Source: Candidatus Heimdallarchaeota archaeon (lineage in GTDB: Archaea > Asgardarchaeota > Heimdallarchaeia > Heimdallarchaeales > Kariarchaeaceae). Taken from it: a stretch of 47,146 nucleotides of DNA. Made by a program: the position numbers and the translations under genes. The stretch covers positions 1 to 47,146 of the forward strand of contig WAKA01000009.1 in the NCBI GenBank assembly GCA_015523565.1, in the 5' to 3' direction. Shown here in pieces: positions 1 through 9,758 of the stretch; position 1 is the stretch's first letter, and the number at the start of each line of letters is the position of its first letter. Below the pieces are notes generated by a model, which made no database searches, was not told where the DNA came from, and saw nothing but the letters and a program-made list of their open reading frames with translations.

Positions 1-85
1 CCTTGTAGTTTTATTCTGTTGAATTTGTCTCTTATTCATTGAAAAAATAATTGCCCTTATATAGTAGTACAAATTAATAGAACAC

Positions 86-3061
86 ATGAGCTATGTGGGT
101 GAACGTAAAAGTTCAAAACGCACAAATAGATCTTGGACTTTGATTTCTTTCACTTTTTTCATCAATTTTTCAATGGGATACGCCTTTACTAGAGATATCT
201 TCTTTTTCAAATCTTTTTTCCTGTTTTTCACCATCTTTTCTGGAACTGTTTTTGTTTTGCTTTTCCTCAAAAATTTTATTTCACTCAGGAAAAATCCTAT
301 CGAACGAAAAATTGCTGAAATAGGGATTGTAAAGAAATATCTGAAAATCTCTCGAAAATATCTTATGGCTTCTGCTATTGGAATGGTTTTGGCTACATTG
401 TTGCTTTCACAAGGAATATTGACCCCGCAAATATATGAAAAACAAATTGCCGAGCAATATTTTAATGGAAATCAAGTCAATTCATTCTCTATTAACTATT
501 ATCATAATACAAACAATGTTACAAATGATATGCCCATTATTTTTGAAAATTTCAAAAAAATGAAAACAATAGCAGAACAGCAATTAAGTGGTTCAAATTT
601 CCCAATAGTTTCAGCTTTTGACTGGATTACTCTTGAAACTTCCTTAAACAGTTCTCGTTTAATTAAAAATAACTCTCGCAATGATTTTTATTATGGCCCC
701 TCATTTGTAACCGTTCTCCCCTTAACTGAAAATAATATTCAATTTTTATCAGATCGCCATCTTTTTCAAGGTTCTAGTACAAATGACACTGCAATGCTTC
801 TTACTTATCCTTCATTTAAGGAATTTTTCCAATCTGAAAACACTGTTCCTCTGCTTTTTGAAAAAGTCTACTCGTTTGAGCCAACCTATAATGCAACAAA
901 ACTTGAATACAGTGTAAATCTTACCAACAAGGTTTTCACTAGCTTATATGATTTATTTGACAACTATGTTGGTGAGATTCTACTCTTTGTTTCCATTCCT
1001 ATTTTCTCTGACTTAATGTCCATTTATCAAACCCAATATCCTGTATCTTATAACAAGGAGTTTTCAAGGTCTTCTTATACCCTATTTCTATATTCTCCTA
1101 TTCCTCCGTTAGATGACATTGATTCGCGTAAAAAAGAACTGGCCGCTTTAACAAACAAGCTTTATGGCTCTTTTTCAGAATATGATGTATACATCACCAC
1201 CCCATTCGAAAAAAAATTGGATGACTATCAAGACACATTATCTGGATTAATATTTACTATAATATTATTCTTGTCTCCTATAATTGGTTTGGGACTTTAT
1301 CTGGTCTATTACTCATCTACATTGGTTGAAAAACGCAGAAGAAAATTGGTCTCAATAATGAGAATGAGGGGAACCACTGAAAATGAACTGAAGACAATGT
1401 TCATATTCGAGATTGTTGCTGGTTCTCTAATTGCTGTTGGTGTTGGAATGGTCTTGTCAATACCATGGGTTCAACTCATCAATAGTTTCTCAGGGTTTTT
1501 CCAAATATCATTTAATCAGACTCCTTCAGTTTCCCCAATTTTCGAATGGTATTGGCAAGTTCCTTTGACAGGGATGATTCTGGCCTTTGATGTGAACATG
1601 TTTCCATTGTTCAAACTTGCGGATCCAAATTTGACAGAGGGAATGGGTCCTGAAGAAAAAAGACCTCCTTTTTGGCAACGTTATTATTTTGACGTAATCT
1701 TGTTTATCATTGGTTTCATTGACTATGCCCTCATAAGTTTCATACCTATCAATCCCCAAACGATTGGTGTTCTAATCATTATTTTCCTATTGAGTCCATT
1801 TGCAATCATTGGAATATTTATTGGATCATCACTGATTGTTGCAAGATTTTTTTCTCCTGTCATCGGCTTTTTCTCTGATTTTATTTGGATTAGAAGGGGT
1901 GACATGATTGCATTGGCTACAAGAAATATGAGACAAAACAGATATACCAGCTCAAAACTTGTTGCATTCATATTATTTGCCTTAATGGTCAGTTTTACTT
2001 TTATCATCCTCCCAAACAGCATAATACCCTATTCAGAGGAAACCACTATGTATTCCTCAGGTGCTGATGTAGTAATTTCTGGACCACAATTCCTCAATAC
2101 TAGCACTCTCACAAACATTACTGGAATAGAGGGTGTTGAGGGTTTCACCAATCTAGTACAGACTTACCTATCGTTTGAGCGAAGCATAAGCCTTCTTGCA
2201 GTCAATGCAAGCAGTTTCGCAGAATATTCTTTTTGGAAGGGGAAATATGCCGATAAACCAATTGAGAAACTGATGGATGCGCTTGGCAAAAAACAAGAAA
2301 ACATACTGATGCAGAAATTGAGTGCCAAAAGTTTGGATATTGAAGTTGGTGATTCGTTTTTCCTTCAATCATCCGACAATACAATTGATTTGACTGTTGT
2401 TGGAATGTTCGATTATTTTCCACGACTGGTGCAATATCTTGATCCTACATATCCCCAAACCTATTTTGTGATGAACTTAGATTATTTCTTTTCTCTCAAT
2501 CTCACAGGTATTACTGCTTATTCTTATATTAAGGTGGACAAAAATGCTAACATTACTCGTATTCTCTCTGAAATTGACGACGTCCTTCCAGCATCATACT
2601 CTGTCTCAAGTCCACTGAAAGAGATTAGTGAAAATAATGTTTTCAAAAAACTAACTGTAACGATTTCTCAATCAAGTTTGATGACTGCATTGCTGGCCAT
2701 TTCCATTGCTACCTTCTACTATGCATTTACAACTCTTTCTGATAGGAAAAAGGAAATTGGAATATTTCGTGCATTGGGTATGAAGGAAAAACAAATATTC
2801 CAATTGCTGCTTGTTGAAACCCTCATAATCATATTAATTGGTGTTTTGCTTGGAATTGTGTTTGGGGTTATTTTAAGTGATTTCATCAGCAAACTGATTT
2901 TTGCAGGTTCTTTCGGCGTTCCGCCATTCTCTCTGGAATTTCCCATATCATATCTTTCTTCATATGGCTTGATTGTCCTGTTATTGGCAGTTGTTGGTGC
3001 GATAATCCCTGCAAAACGAATTGCATCCCTCCAAACAGGAAGTATTCTCAGGGCTGAGTGA
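86..3061 (+). CDS. FtsX/MacB/LolE-family ABC transporter permease (two FtsX-type TM repeats, large extracytoplasmic domains)
   Basis: 991 aa; two FtsX signatures (KRRRKLVSIMRMRG..ENEL; DRKKEIGIFRALGMKEKQIFQLLLVE); ends IPAKRIASLQTGSILRAE; directly upstream of two LolD-like ATPases. Confidence 0.9.
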   Translation: MSYVGERKSSKRTNRSWTLISFTFFINFSMGYAFTRDIFFFKSFFLFFTIFSGTVFVLLFLKNFISLRKNPIERKIAEIGIVKKYLKISRKYLMASAIGMVLATLLLSQGILTPQIYEKQIAEQYFNGNQVNSFSINYYHNTNNVTNDMPIIFENFKKMKTIAEQQLSGSNFPIVSAFDWITLETSLNSSRLIKNNSRNDFYYGPSFVTVLPLTENNIQFLSDRHLFQGSSTNDTAMLLTYPSFKEFFQSENTVPLLFEKVYSFEPTYNATKLEYSVNLTNKVFTSLYDLFDNYVGEILLFVSIPIFSDLMSIYQTQYPVSYNKEFSRSSYTLFLYSPIPPLDDIDSRKKELAALTNKLYGSFSEYDVYITTPFEKKLDDYQDTLSGLIFTIILFLSPIIGLGLYLVYYSSTLVEKRRRKLVSIMRMRGTTENELKTMFIFEIVAGSLIAVGVGMVLSIPWVQLINSFSGFFQISFNQTPSVSPIFEWYWQVPLTGMILAFDVNMFPLFKLADPNLTEGMGPEEKRPPFWQRYYFDVILFIIGFIDYALISFIPINPQTIGVLIIIFLLSPFAIIGIFIGSSLIVARFFSPVIGFFSDFIWIRRGDMIALATRNMRQNRYTSSKLVAFILFALMVSFTFIILPNSIIPYSEETTMYSSGADVVISGPQFLNTSTLTNITGIEGVEGFTNLVQTYLSFERSISLLAVNASSFAEYSFWKGKYADKPIEKLMDALGKKQENILMQKLSAKSLDIEVGDSFFLQSSDNTIDLTVVGMFDYFPRLVQYLDPTYPQTYFVMNLDYFFSLNLTGITAYSYIKVDKNANITRILSEIDDVLPASYSVSSPLKEISENNVFKKLTVTISQSSLMTALLAISIATFYYAFTTLSDRKKEIGIFRALGMKEKQIFQLLLVETLIIILIGVLLGIVFGVILSDFISKLIFAGSFGVPPFSLEFPISYLSSYGLIVLLLAVVGAIIPAKRIASLQTGSILRAE

Positions 3062-3067
3062 TTTACC

Positions 3068-3994
3068 ATGAATGCAAAAACCCAAAATAGCTTTAATCTA
3101 GAAATTTCCAAACCAGTAGGTATCGTCGCCCGCAACTTGATTAAGGTTTATGATGACCCTTCTTCAGACAGTGGCATTATTGCCTTGCGTGGTGTTGAAT
3201 TGAATGTGAAACCAGGTTCTTTGGTTTCAATAATAGGTCCGTCAGGTGCTGGAAAAAGCACATTGTTGAATGTATTGGGCGCAATGTATCCTCCTACTGC
3301 TGGAGAACTTTATGTTGGTTCTATTCCAGTCCATTCACTTCGCCACTGGCAAATTGACTATTACCATCAAAAAATAGTTGGATTTCTCTGGCAATTGCCT
3401 GAAAGGAATCTTTTGCCTGAACTTTCTGCCGAAGAAAATGTGGAATATGTGATGCAGATTGCAGGCTACCCCAAGGATAAACGTAAAGAACGCATCAAAT
3501 ACCTTCTGACTGCTGTTGGGGTATGGGAACGAAGAACACATAAACTCGGACAATTGTCTGGTGGCGAAGCTCAACGTGTTGGTTTGGCTGTGGCACTCGC
3601 AAATGAGCCTGCTATCCTCCTTGCAGATGAACCAACTGGTGAGCTCGATTCTGAAACAACTATGGAAGTTATTGGCTATCTTCAAGACTTGAACAAGGAT
3701 GAAGACCTAACAATGGTCATTGTTACACATGACGGTCGATTTGAACGGATGACGCATCAAAGCTTTCACATTCTTGACGGCATGATCAGTGGTGTGAGAA
3801 GATCTATAACTGGTGAAGCCGCAAAAGACTGGAGAAGTGCAGAAAGGGAAGAACTTGCATTTGTGGATCAGTTTGGCAATGTTCGAATTCCCTCAGAACT
3901 GAGAAAACGACATGCAATTGGTTCCTATGTTCGTTTTGTATCTGAGGACGGTCGGCTCTACATAGAACCCGCGGAGGTGTCAACAAATGAATGA
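3068..3994 (+). CDS. LolD/MacB-type ABC ATPase with C-terminal AbrB/SpoVT-like domain
   Basis: Walker A GPSGAGKS, LSGGE, ILLADEPT, VTHD; tail VDQFGNVRIPSELRKRHAIGSYVRF..EDGRLYIEP resembles an AbrB swapped hairpin. Confidence 0.9.
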   Translation: MNAKTQNSFNLEISKPVGIVARNLIKVYDDPSSDSGIIALRGVELNVKPGSLVSIIGPSGAGKSTLLNVLGAMYPPTAGELYVGSIPVHSLRHWQIDYYHQKIVGFLWQLPERNLLPELSAEENVEYVMQIAGYPKDKRKERIKYLLTAVGVWERRTHKLGQLSGGEAQRVGLAVALANEPAILLADEPTGELDSETTMEVIGYLQDLNKDEDLTMVIVTHDGRFERMTHQSFHILDGMISGVRRSITGEAAKDWRSAEREELAFVDQFGNVRIPSELRKRHAIGSYVRFVSEDGRLYIEPAEVSTNE

Positions 3995-4760
3995 TGAAAT
4001 TCTCATTCATACTGAAAATCTGACCAAGGAATATGGTGCTGGTGAAACTTTGGTTCGTGCCATCAGAGGCATCGATATCGATATCAAAAGAGGGGAATTC
4101 ATTGCAATTCTTGGAAAATCTGGAAGTGGGAAATCCACATTTGTATCTATGCTGGGGGGCTTGGAAATTCCGACACGGGGTAAAGTCATTTTTGATGGCG
4201 TTGATTTGGCAAAACTTTCGCAAGACGAATTGGCGGAGATTCGGAGAGATAACATCGGAATTGTATTCCAGCACTTTTATTTGCTTGAAACACTAACTGC
4301 TGTAGAAAATGTTGAACTCCCTTTGCTGATCGCCAATCGTCCAAAGAAAGAACGTCGTCCGCTTGCCTTGCAAATTCTCCAACGTGTCGGACTTGCGGAT
4401 CGTGTATCAAATTATCCTGTCGAACTTTCAGGTGGTGAAAAACAAAGGGTTGGAATTGCAAGGGCACTTGTTGCCAAACCCAAGTTGATTTTGGCGGATG
4501 AACCTACAGGGGATCTTGACTCAAAAACAGGTGACCAAATTATTGACCTTCTCGTTGAAATCAATAATGATCCTGACTGGAGACCCACAATAATCATGGT
4601 TACTCACGACGTCAGCAAATTACGCAAAGGTATGCGTGTCTTGACCCTCTCAGACGGAAGGATTATTGATGACCGTTACTTCTTGAAAGACAGTGATTTG
4701 TTGATTTTTGATGAATTTGGGGCTCCAAGTGAAATCATTGGTGAGTTGCAGAAAAGTTAA
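3987..4760 (+). CDS. LolD/MacB-type ABC ATPase
   Basis: GKSGSGKS, GIVFQ, LSGGEKQRVGIARAL, LILADEPTG, VTHD; overlaps upstream gene; GGAGGTG SD-like motif. Confidence 0.93.
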   Translation: MNDEILIHTENLTKEYGAGETLVRAIRGIDIDIKRGEFIAILGKSGSGKSTFVSMLGGLEIPTRGKVIFDGVDLAKLSQDELAEIRRDNIGIVFQHFYLLETLTAVENVELPLLIANRPKKERRPLALQILQRVGLADRVSNYPVELSGGEKQRVGIARALVAKPKLILADEPTGDLDSKTGDQIIDLLVEINNDPDWRPTIIMVTHDVSKLRKGMRVLTLSDGRIIDDRYFLKDSDLLIFDEFGAPSEIIGELQKS

Positions 4761-5655
4761 GCATCTCCATCAACTTATCAATCTTGATATTCAGTTCTGC
4801 AACATTCACAGACATGTCTTTTTCTGTATGGTAATTTGGGTTTCTGTAATTGGCTGTATCTGTCACCATGACAGCAGGAACGTTTATGTCCCAAAACAAG
4901 GCATGATCTGATCTTCGTGCATCTTCATTGAATTCAAGCGGTTCAAGTCTGTGGACAATAAAATCTGGAAGTTTAAAAAGATTCAAGAGAAATTGACTGT
5001 TGTGGTTACCGACTACAACTAGATAATTTCCATCCTCAGGTAACATGATGTCCCCTACCGCCTTTTGTTTTCCAAAATACCCTACTGATTCAAAATTAAT
5101 CACTCCTTTCAACTTAGGTAAAAGTAAAACATCTCTTAAATGTTTAATCAACATTTTGGTTCCATGAAAAATAGAAATTCCCTTGTACTTTGATATGAAA
5201 TTCCTCTGAAATTCAAAATACTCTTGAGTTCCCAATTTTAGTTTGCCGTGTTCACTTTCCCATTTATATCTCTCCTCCCATAATCTTGGATGACCTTCTT
5301 CAAAATCCGTAAGGGCAAATGCATAATTCCCTTTTAGTTTCCCTTGTTTGTGTGCAAGTAACAACTGGTGAACTGTTGCCATTCCAGAAAGATTATCGTC
5401 AGCTCCTGGGCTATTTGGGACTGTGTCATGATGTGCCATAAATAAAATAAATTCTTCTTCAGGCTTCTTTGGAGGGACAAAGATATTGGTTCCCTGTATT
5501 CCCCCCAATTCAAATGACATTTCTATCGATGTGATTCCCTTTTCTTTCCACTCTTGCCTTATCTTTTTTGGAGTCTCAGAATGCCCTTCTGGATTTGTCC
5601 AAGGATTTCTGTCATACAGATATTGATCCACAAACCCTTTGATATCTTCCATCAT
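4735..5655 (-). CDS. M28-family metallopeptidase
   Basis: AHHD, PGADDNLSG, FEE, NFES, RRSDH, PNYHT..D metal-ligand motifs. Confidence 0.85.
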   Translation of the reverse strand: MMEDIKGFVDQYLYDRNPWTNPEGHSETPKKIRQEWKEKGITSIEMSFELGGIQGTNIFVPPKKPEEEFILFMAHHDTVPNSPGADDNLSGMATVHQLLLAHKQGKLKGNYAFALTDFEEGHPRLWEERYKWESEHGKLKLGTQEYFEFQRNFISKYKGISIFHGTKMLIKHLRDVLLLPKLKGVINFESVGYFGKQKAVGDIMLPEDGNYLVVVGNHNSQFLLNLFKLPDFIVHRLEPLEFNEDARRSDHALFWDINVPAVMVTDTANYRNPNYHTEKDMSVNVAELNIKIDKLMEMLNFSATHQ

Positions 5656-5784
5656 AAACTTTCCATGAATCTGTTTCTTTAATTATTTTCCAAGTTGACT
5701 TTGTCAATTTAGCTGTTTAAAGTGCCATTTTTCATTATAGCTAACTAAATGCTTTAATTATTTGAATCCATGTTTTTTATTTAG

Positions 5785-6474
5785 ATGGAAAAAATCAAGG
5801 AAGGCTCATTTGTCAAAGTTGATTTTATCGCTAAAAAATCCGAGGACGGCGAGATTTTTGATACAACAATAAAGGAAGTAGCTGAAAAACATGGTATATT
5901 TACACATGCTAAAATTTATGAACCAAAATTACTTGTAATCGGAAAGGAATGGCTCCCTGGTGCAGTGGAAAATGCCCTGTTGGGAAAAACTGTTGGTGAA
6001 ACCATCGAAATAGATGTTCCATTTGCAGAAGCATTTGGTCCTCATGATCCATCCAAAATAAAACTTGTTCCCCGCCGTGAATTTCAGAAACTTCAAATCA
6101 ATCCACAAAAAGGTGAATACGTTGAAATTTCTGGTCAGGAAGGATTAATCCTCTCAGTAACTCCTGGAAGAGTTCGAATTGACTTCAATCATAAACTTGC
6201 AGGAAAGGACTTGCATTATACTGTAACCATCCATTCAGTAATCAATGAGGAACTTGACAAAATTCAGGCATTGATCAATAGACGACTACCTGGCGCTGAT
6301 TTGTCTGATTCAATTATTCGTATTGACGGTGAAAAACTTGATGTAATCCTGCCTGACAGGGTTCGCTATTATGAGTATATCCAATTCGCAAAGAAAAACA
6401 TCGCAAAAGATATTGGTGATATTATTGGAAAATACACTGAAGTGGTTTTCCATGAAACCTTTCCGACATCATGA
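5785..6474 (+). CDS. slyD: FKBP-type peptidyl-prolyl isomerase (archaeal long-type SlyD)
   Basis: GEIFDTT, EAFG, RIDFNHKLAGKDLHY; insert-in-flap domain and archaeal C-terminal extension. Confidence 0.92.
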   Translation: MEKIKEGSFVKVDFIAKKSEDGEIFDTTIKEVAEKHGIFTHAKIYEPKLLVIGKEWLPGAVENALLGKTVGETIEIDVPFAEAFGPHDPSKIKLVPRREFQKLQINPQKGEYVEISGQEGLILSVTPGRVRIDFNHKLAGKDLHYTVTIHSVINEELDKIQALINRRLPGADLSDSIIRIDGEKLDVILPDRVRYYEYIQFAKKNIAKDIGDIIGKYTEVVFHETFPTS

Positions 6475-6535
6475 CGCTAATCTTTCAAAGAAAATATCGA
6501 TATGATTTAATAAAATAAGTGACAAAATTTTAATT

Positions 6536-7195
6536 ATGGGTCATGGACTGGAAACTGCCCTTTCTGAACTTAAAAAGTACAGGGTTATTGATTCTAACGG
6601 AAATGAAGTTGGCAATCCAATTGATGTCGTCTTTGATATCAAAAAGGATCTGGCTACCAAATTGGTTTTAGGTGGCTCTTTTATCGAAGAACTCAAGGAA
6701 AAATTGGGTCTGAAACCTGATGATGATCCTGTTGTGTCTTTGACGCATATCGACAAAGTTCAGAATAAGATTATCAAGCTAAATGTAACAGCAGAAGATT
6801 TACCTAACAAGCTGGAAACAGATGCAATCTCCAAAAACGAACAAATGTTCTCTCAAATCAAGAATTTTGTCATTGTTGATACTGAGGGCAATGAAATTGG
6901 AAGACCCATTGATATAATCATACATTCCGATAATGGAATATCATTTATCATTGGAGATTCCATATTTCAAGAGTTCCTTGAAAAAATCGGTTTTACTCCT
7001 GATTTTGATTTGCTTCTTCCCTTCCATGATGTCCAGTTTATTGACACTCCCAGCAAGAAAATTAAGATAAAAAGCAAAAAGGAACATCTCCAAACAATTC
7101 TTGATGGACTTCCTCTCAAAGATGCAATTGATAGGCTAAATACTGCCACCATGGCAAGCAAAGAAGCAGAAATCATGAGGTTTAAAATCCAATAG
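6536..7195 (+). CDS. Tandem PRC-barrel domain protein
   Basis: Two repeats LSELKKYRVIDSNGNEVGNPIDVVFD / FSQIKNFVIVDTEGNEIGRPIDIIIH match the PRC-barrel pattern. Confidence 0.75.
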   Translation: MGHGLETALSELKKYRVIDSNGNEVGNPIDVVFDIKKDLATKLVLGGSFIEELKEKLGLKPDDDPVVSLTHIDKVQNKIIKLNVTAEDLPNKLETDAISKNEQMFSQIKNFVIVDTEGNEIGRPIDIIIHSDNGISFIIGDSIFQEFLEKIGFTPDFDLLLPFHDVQFIDTPSKKIKIKSKKEHLQTILDGLPLKDAIDRLNTATMASKEAEIMRFKIQ

Positions 7196-7205
7196 AGGGT
7201 ACACC

Positions 7206-7805
7206 ATGAGTCTTCCACCTATCCAATTCTCAAAAATTAGACGGATGGTCATTATTGACTGTAATGATGTTGAGGTTGGAGAACCTGTTGACATTGGTTT
7301 TTCTCTTGATCTTACTCCAAAATTCTTGGTTATCGGTGGCGGGTTCATAGAAGAGTTGCTCGAAATAATGGAACGCCGCGAGGATATTGATCAGATAATT
7401 GACCTTGATATAATCCAAGAAATCTCTGATGCAATTTACCTGAAAGTTCCCGAAACCGATCTTCCTGAAGAAAGCAACATTGGAACCATGATGACTGATA
7501 TCATCCTTTTTTCCCAAATCTGCCAAACACCAATGTTTGACATAGATGGTTTACCATTAGGTAAAATTAAAGATGTCATCTTCTCATCCGAAAAGACTGA
7601 ATTCATCTTTGAAAATCCAGAATTCAATAAGGCAATGTCAATGCGAGGCTATGGACAAAAGCTTGAATTCAAGGTGCCCAAGGAAAAACTGAGTTATCAA
7701 AATGGACTTCTTATGCTTGCATTGCCTAAGGAAGAAATCGAAAGTAAAATTCAAGCCCAAATCATCGCCAAATCAAGGGGAAAACAGCTAATTGCATTAT
7801 CATGA
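7206..7805 (+). CDS. Tandem PRC-barrel domain protein (paralogue of 6536..7195)
   Basis: FSKIRRMVIIDCNDVEVGEPVDIGF..GGGFIEELL / FSQICQTPMFDIDGLPLGKIKDVIF. Confidence 0.72.
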   Translation: MSLPPIQFSKIRRMVIIDCNDVEVGEPVDIGFSLDLTPKFLVIGGGFIEELLEIMERREDIDQIIDLDIIQEISDAIYLKVPETDLPEESNIGTMMTDIILFSQICQTPMFDIDGLPLGKIKDVIFSSEKTEFIFENPEFNKAMSMRGYGQKLEFKVPKEKLSYQNGLLMLALPKEEIESKIQAQIIAKSRGKQLIALS

Positions 7806-7830
7806 AAAATTGCATTGAACTAAAAAAGAA

Positions 7831-8604
7831 CTAAAGAAACATCCCTTTGTCAGCTCCCTGATTGTCACCATTGTCATTTCCCATGCTCTCTGTCGCATCC
7901 ATCATCGATTGTATTTCCCTTTCAATATTTTCTGCCTCTTTAATAAGTTCTTCCACGCCACAGTTGGTTCCCAATAGGTCATTGATTATTTCAACGGCAT
8001 GGCTTGCTCCAATTGGGTCTGGTCTTGACCTTTCTGCATATGGAAGTATTGCAATTCCTGGAAAATCATATAGTTCACAGTACATCAACAATAGTGCCAA
8101 CGGTCCTGTAACATAAAGTCCTTCATCAAGGCTGGGGACATTGGCCGCTGGAAACATCTCCCTATAAAGTGTTGTATAAACTGCTTTTGCAAGGACTTCC
8201 TCTTCAGTCCTCAATCTTGAATCCAACCCTCCAATCAATATCGCATTGTTCATGCGTTTGCTTTTTGCCCATTGGATAATGGCTTTTGCAAATGCCCTAT
8301 GCTCATATTTCTGAGGCTCAAAAAAAGCGGCCAAGAAAACTATGTTATCCGATTTGTAAAGTTCAAATGGAAGAATCAAATCCTGATTCCGTACTGAAAG
8401 AAATGGCGGCAAATATTCTGTTACCACAAACCCAATTCTTTTTGCATTTAATTTCTGTATCATGTGGTTTACCGCTATGAAGCCAATCTTCCCAATTCCA
8501 TAAAATCCTGTGACTAAAGTACATCCTGATAAGTCTTCCCCATTTGTCAAAAATTCAATTGGATTGCCGCCTGTTTCTATACGCTCTATTTTTTTATCGT
8601 CCAT
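7831..8604 (-). CDS. PAC2-family proteasome assembly chaperone (PbaA/PbaB-like)
   Basis: LVTGFYGIGKIGFIA, ILIGG, TGPLALLL, RPDPIGA, ELIKEAENIE; C-terminus GMFL. Confidence 0.88.
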   Translation of the reverse strand: MDDKKIERIETGGNPIEFLTNGEDLSGCTLVTGFYGIGKIGFIAVNHMIQKLNAKRIGFVVTEYLPPFLSVRNQDLILPFELYKSDNIVFLAAFFEPQKYEHRAFAKAIIQWAKSKRMNNAILIGGLDSRLRTEEEVLAKAVYTTLYREMFPAANVPSLDEGLYVTGPLALLLMYCELYDFPGIAILPYAERSRPDPIGASHAVEIINDLLGTNCGVEELIKEAENIEREIQSMMDATESMGNDNGDNQGADKGMFL

Positions 8605-8660
8605 TTGCCCATGATTGTTTTCTCATTATCCTTTTAAATGACTTCCATTGTTTGCAACAA

Positions 8661-9659
8661 TTAAAGTAACCCTTTTAGGTAGTTTCTATAATTGACACGA
8701 TACGAGGGATGATATTCTGGTTCATTATCCATGATCTGCTCTATTTCCTCAACAAGTTGTCTCGAAAGGTTGATCTCCCCTGCCGCTGCATTTTCTCTCA
8801 CTTGATCAGGTTTGCTGGCTCCCGTTATCAAAGAACTTATCTGTGGTTTACTGAGTGCCCAAGCCAAGGAAAGTTGGGTAAGGCTCATATCATTCTCCTT
8901 TGCCAATTCCCTCAACTTTCTCAACTTTTCAAAAACTTCCTCTGTCATCTCACGTTCTGTCAACTTGTTATATCTTGCATGTCTGGAATCTTCTGGAATT
9001 CCATCTAAATACTTCCCAGTCAATATTCCCTGTGCCAATGGAGACCATACCGTTATTCCAATACCATGACCATCAATTGTATACCAGAGTTCCTTTTCTA
9101 TGTATCGATCCAATAAATTATATCTTGGCTGTTCCACAGCAGGTGGTCTCAACCCAAGCTCTTTCGCCAAGCCTGTTGCCCTTTCAATTTCCGCAGCAAA
9201 CCATGTGGATGTTCCCCAATAATTGATCAATCCCTCTTCAATCAGGTCATTCATCACTTGTATCGTTTCTTCAAGTGGTGTTGAATAATCATAGCGATGG
9301 CAGAAATAGATGTCGAGATAATCCGTGTTCAATCTCGCAAGGCTTTTCTTGATTGATTCCCTGATATGCTTATGGGAAAGCCCTCTATTGTTTGGATTGT
9401 CTGACATCTTTCCATAGACTTTAGAGCTTATGACAAAGTCACTACGATCTCTTCCTTTCAAAAACTCCCCAACAACCCGTTCTGACTCACCTTTATTGTA
9501 TACATCTGCAACATCAATAAAATTAATGCCTTCATCCTCTGCAACCTGTAGGCATTTCAATGAAGTTGAATCATCCACATTCATGCCAAATGTCAGCCAA
9601 CCTCCAATGCTTATTGCTGAAACTTTTGTTCCATATTTTCCCAAATTTCTATAATGCAT
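8661..9659 (-). CDS. Aldo/keto reductase (Kv-beta/Tas-like)
   Basis: YRNLG..G.KVS, GINFIDVADVY, SSK, LDIYFCHRYD, WSPLAQGILTGKY; catalytic D/Y/K/H present. Confidence 0.93.
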   Translation of the reverse strand: MHYRNLGKYGTKVSAISIGGWLTFGMNVDDSTSLKCLQVAEDEGINFIDVADVYNKGESERVVGEFLKGRDRSDFVISSKVYGKMSDNPNNRGLSHKHIRESIKKSLARLNTDYLDIYFCHRYDYSTPLEETIQVMNDLIEEGLINYWGTSTWFAAEIERATGLAKELGLRPPAVEQPRYNLLDRYIEKELWYTIDGHGIGITVWSPLAQGILTGKYLDGIPEDSRHARYNKLTEREMTEEVFEKLRKLRELAKENDMSLTQLSLAWALSKPQISSLITGASKPDQVRENAAAGEINLSRQLVEEIEQIMDNEPEYHPSYRVNYRNYLKGLL

Positions 9660-9758
9660 AGGTTACCTTGTCTAAACAAAATTTAAAGAATTGTAAACCA
9701 CTAAATTATCCAAGCCTCTTCCGATTGATTGATAACAAGCAAGTTTCCATTTTGAAAC

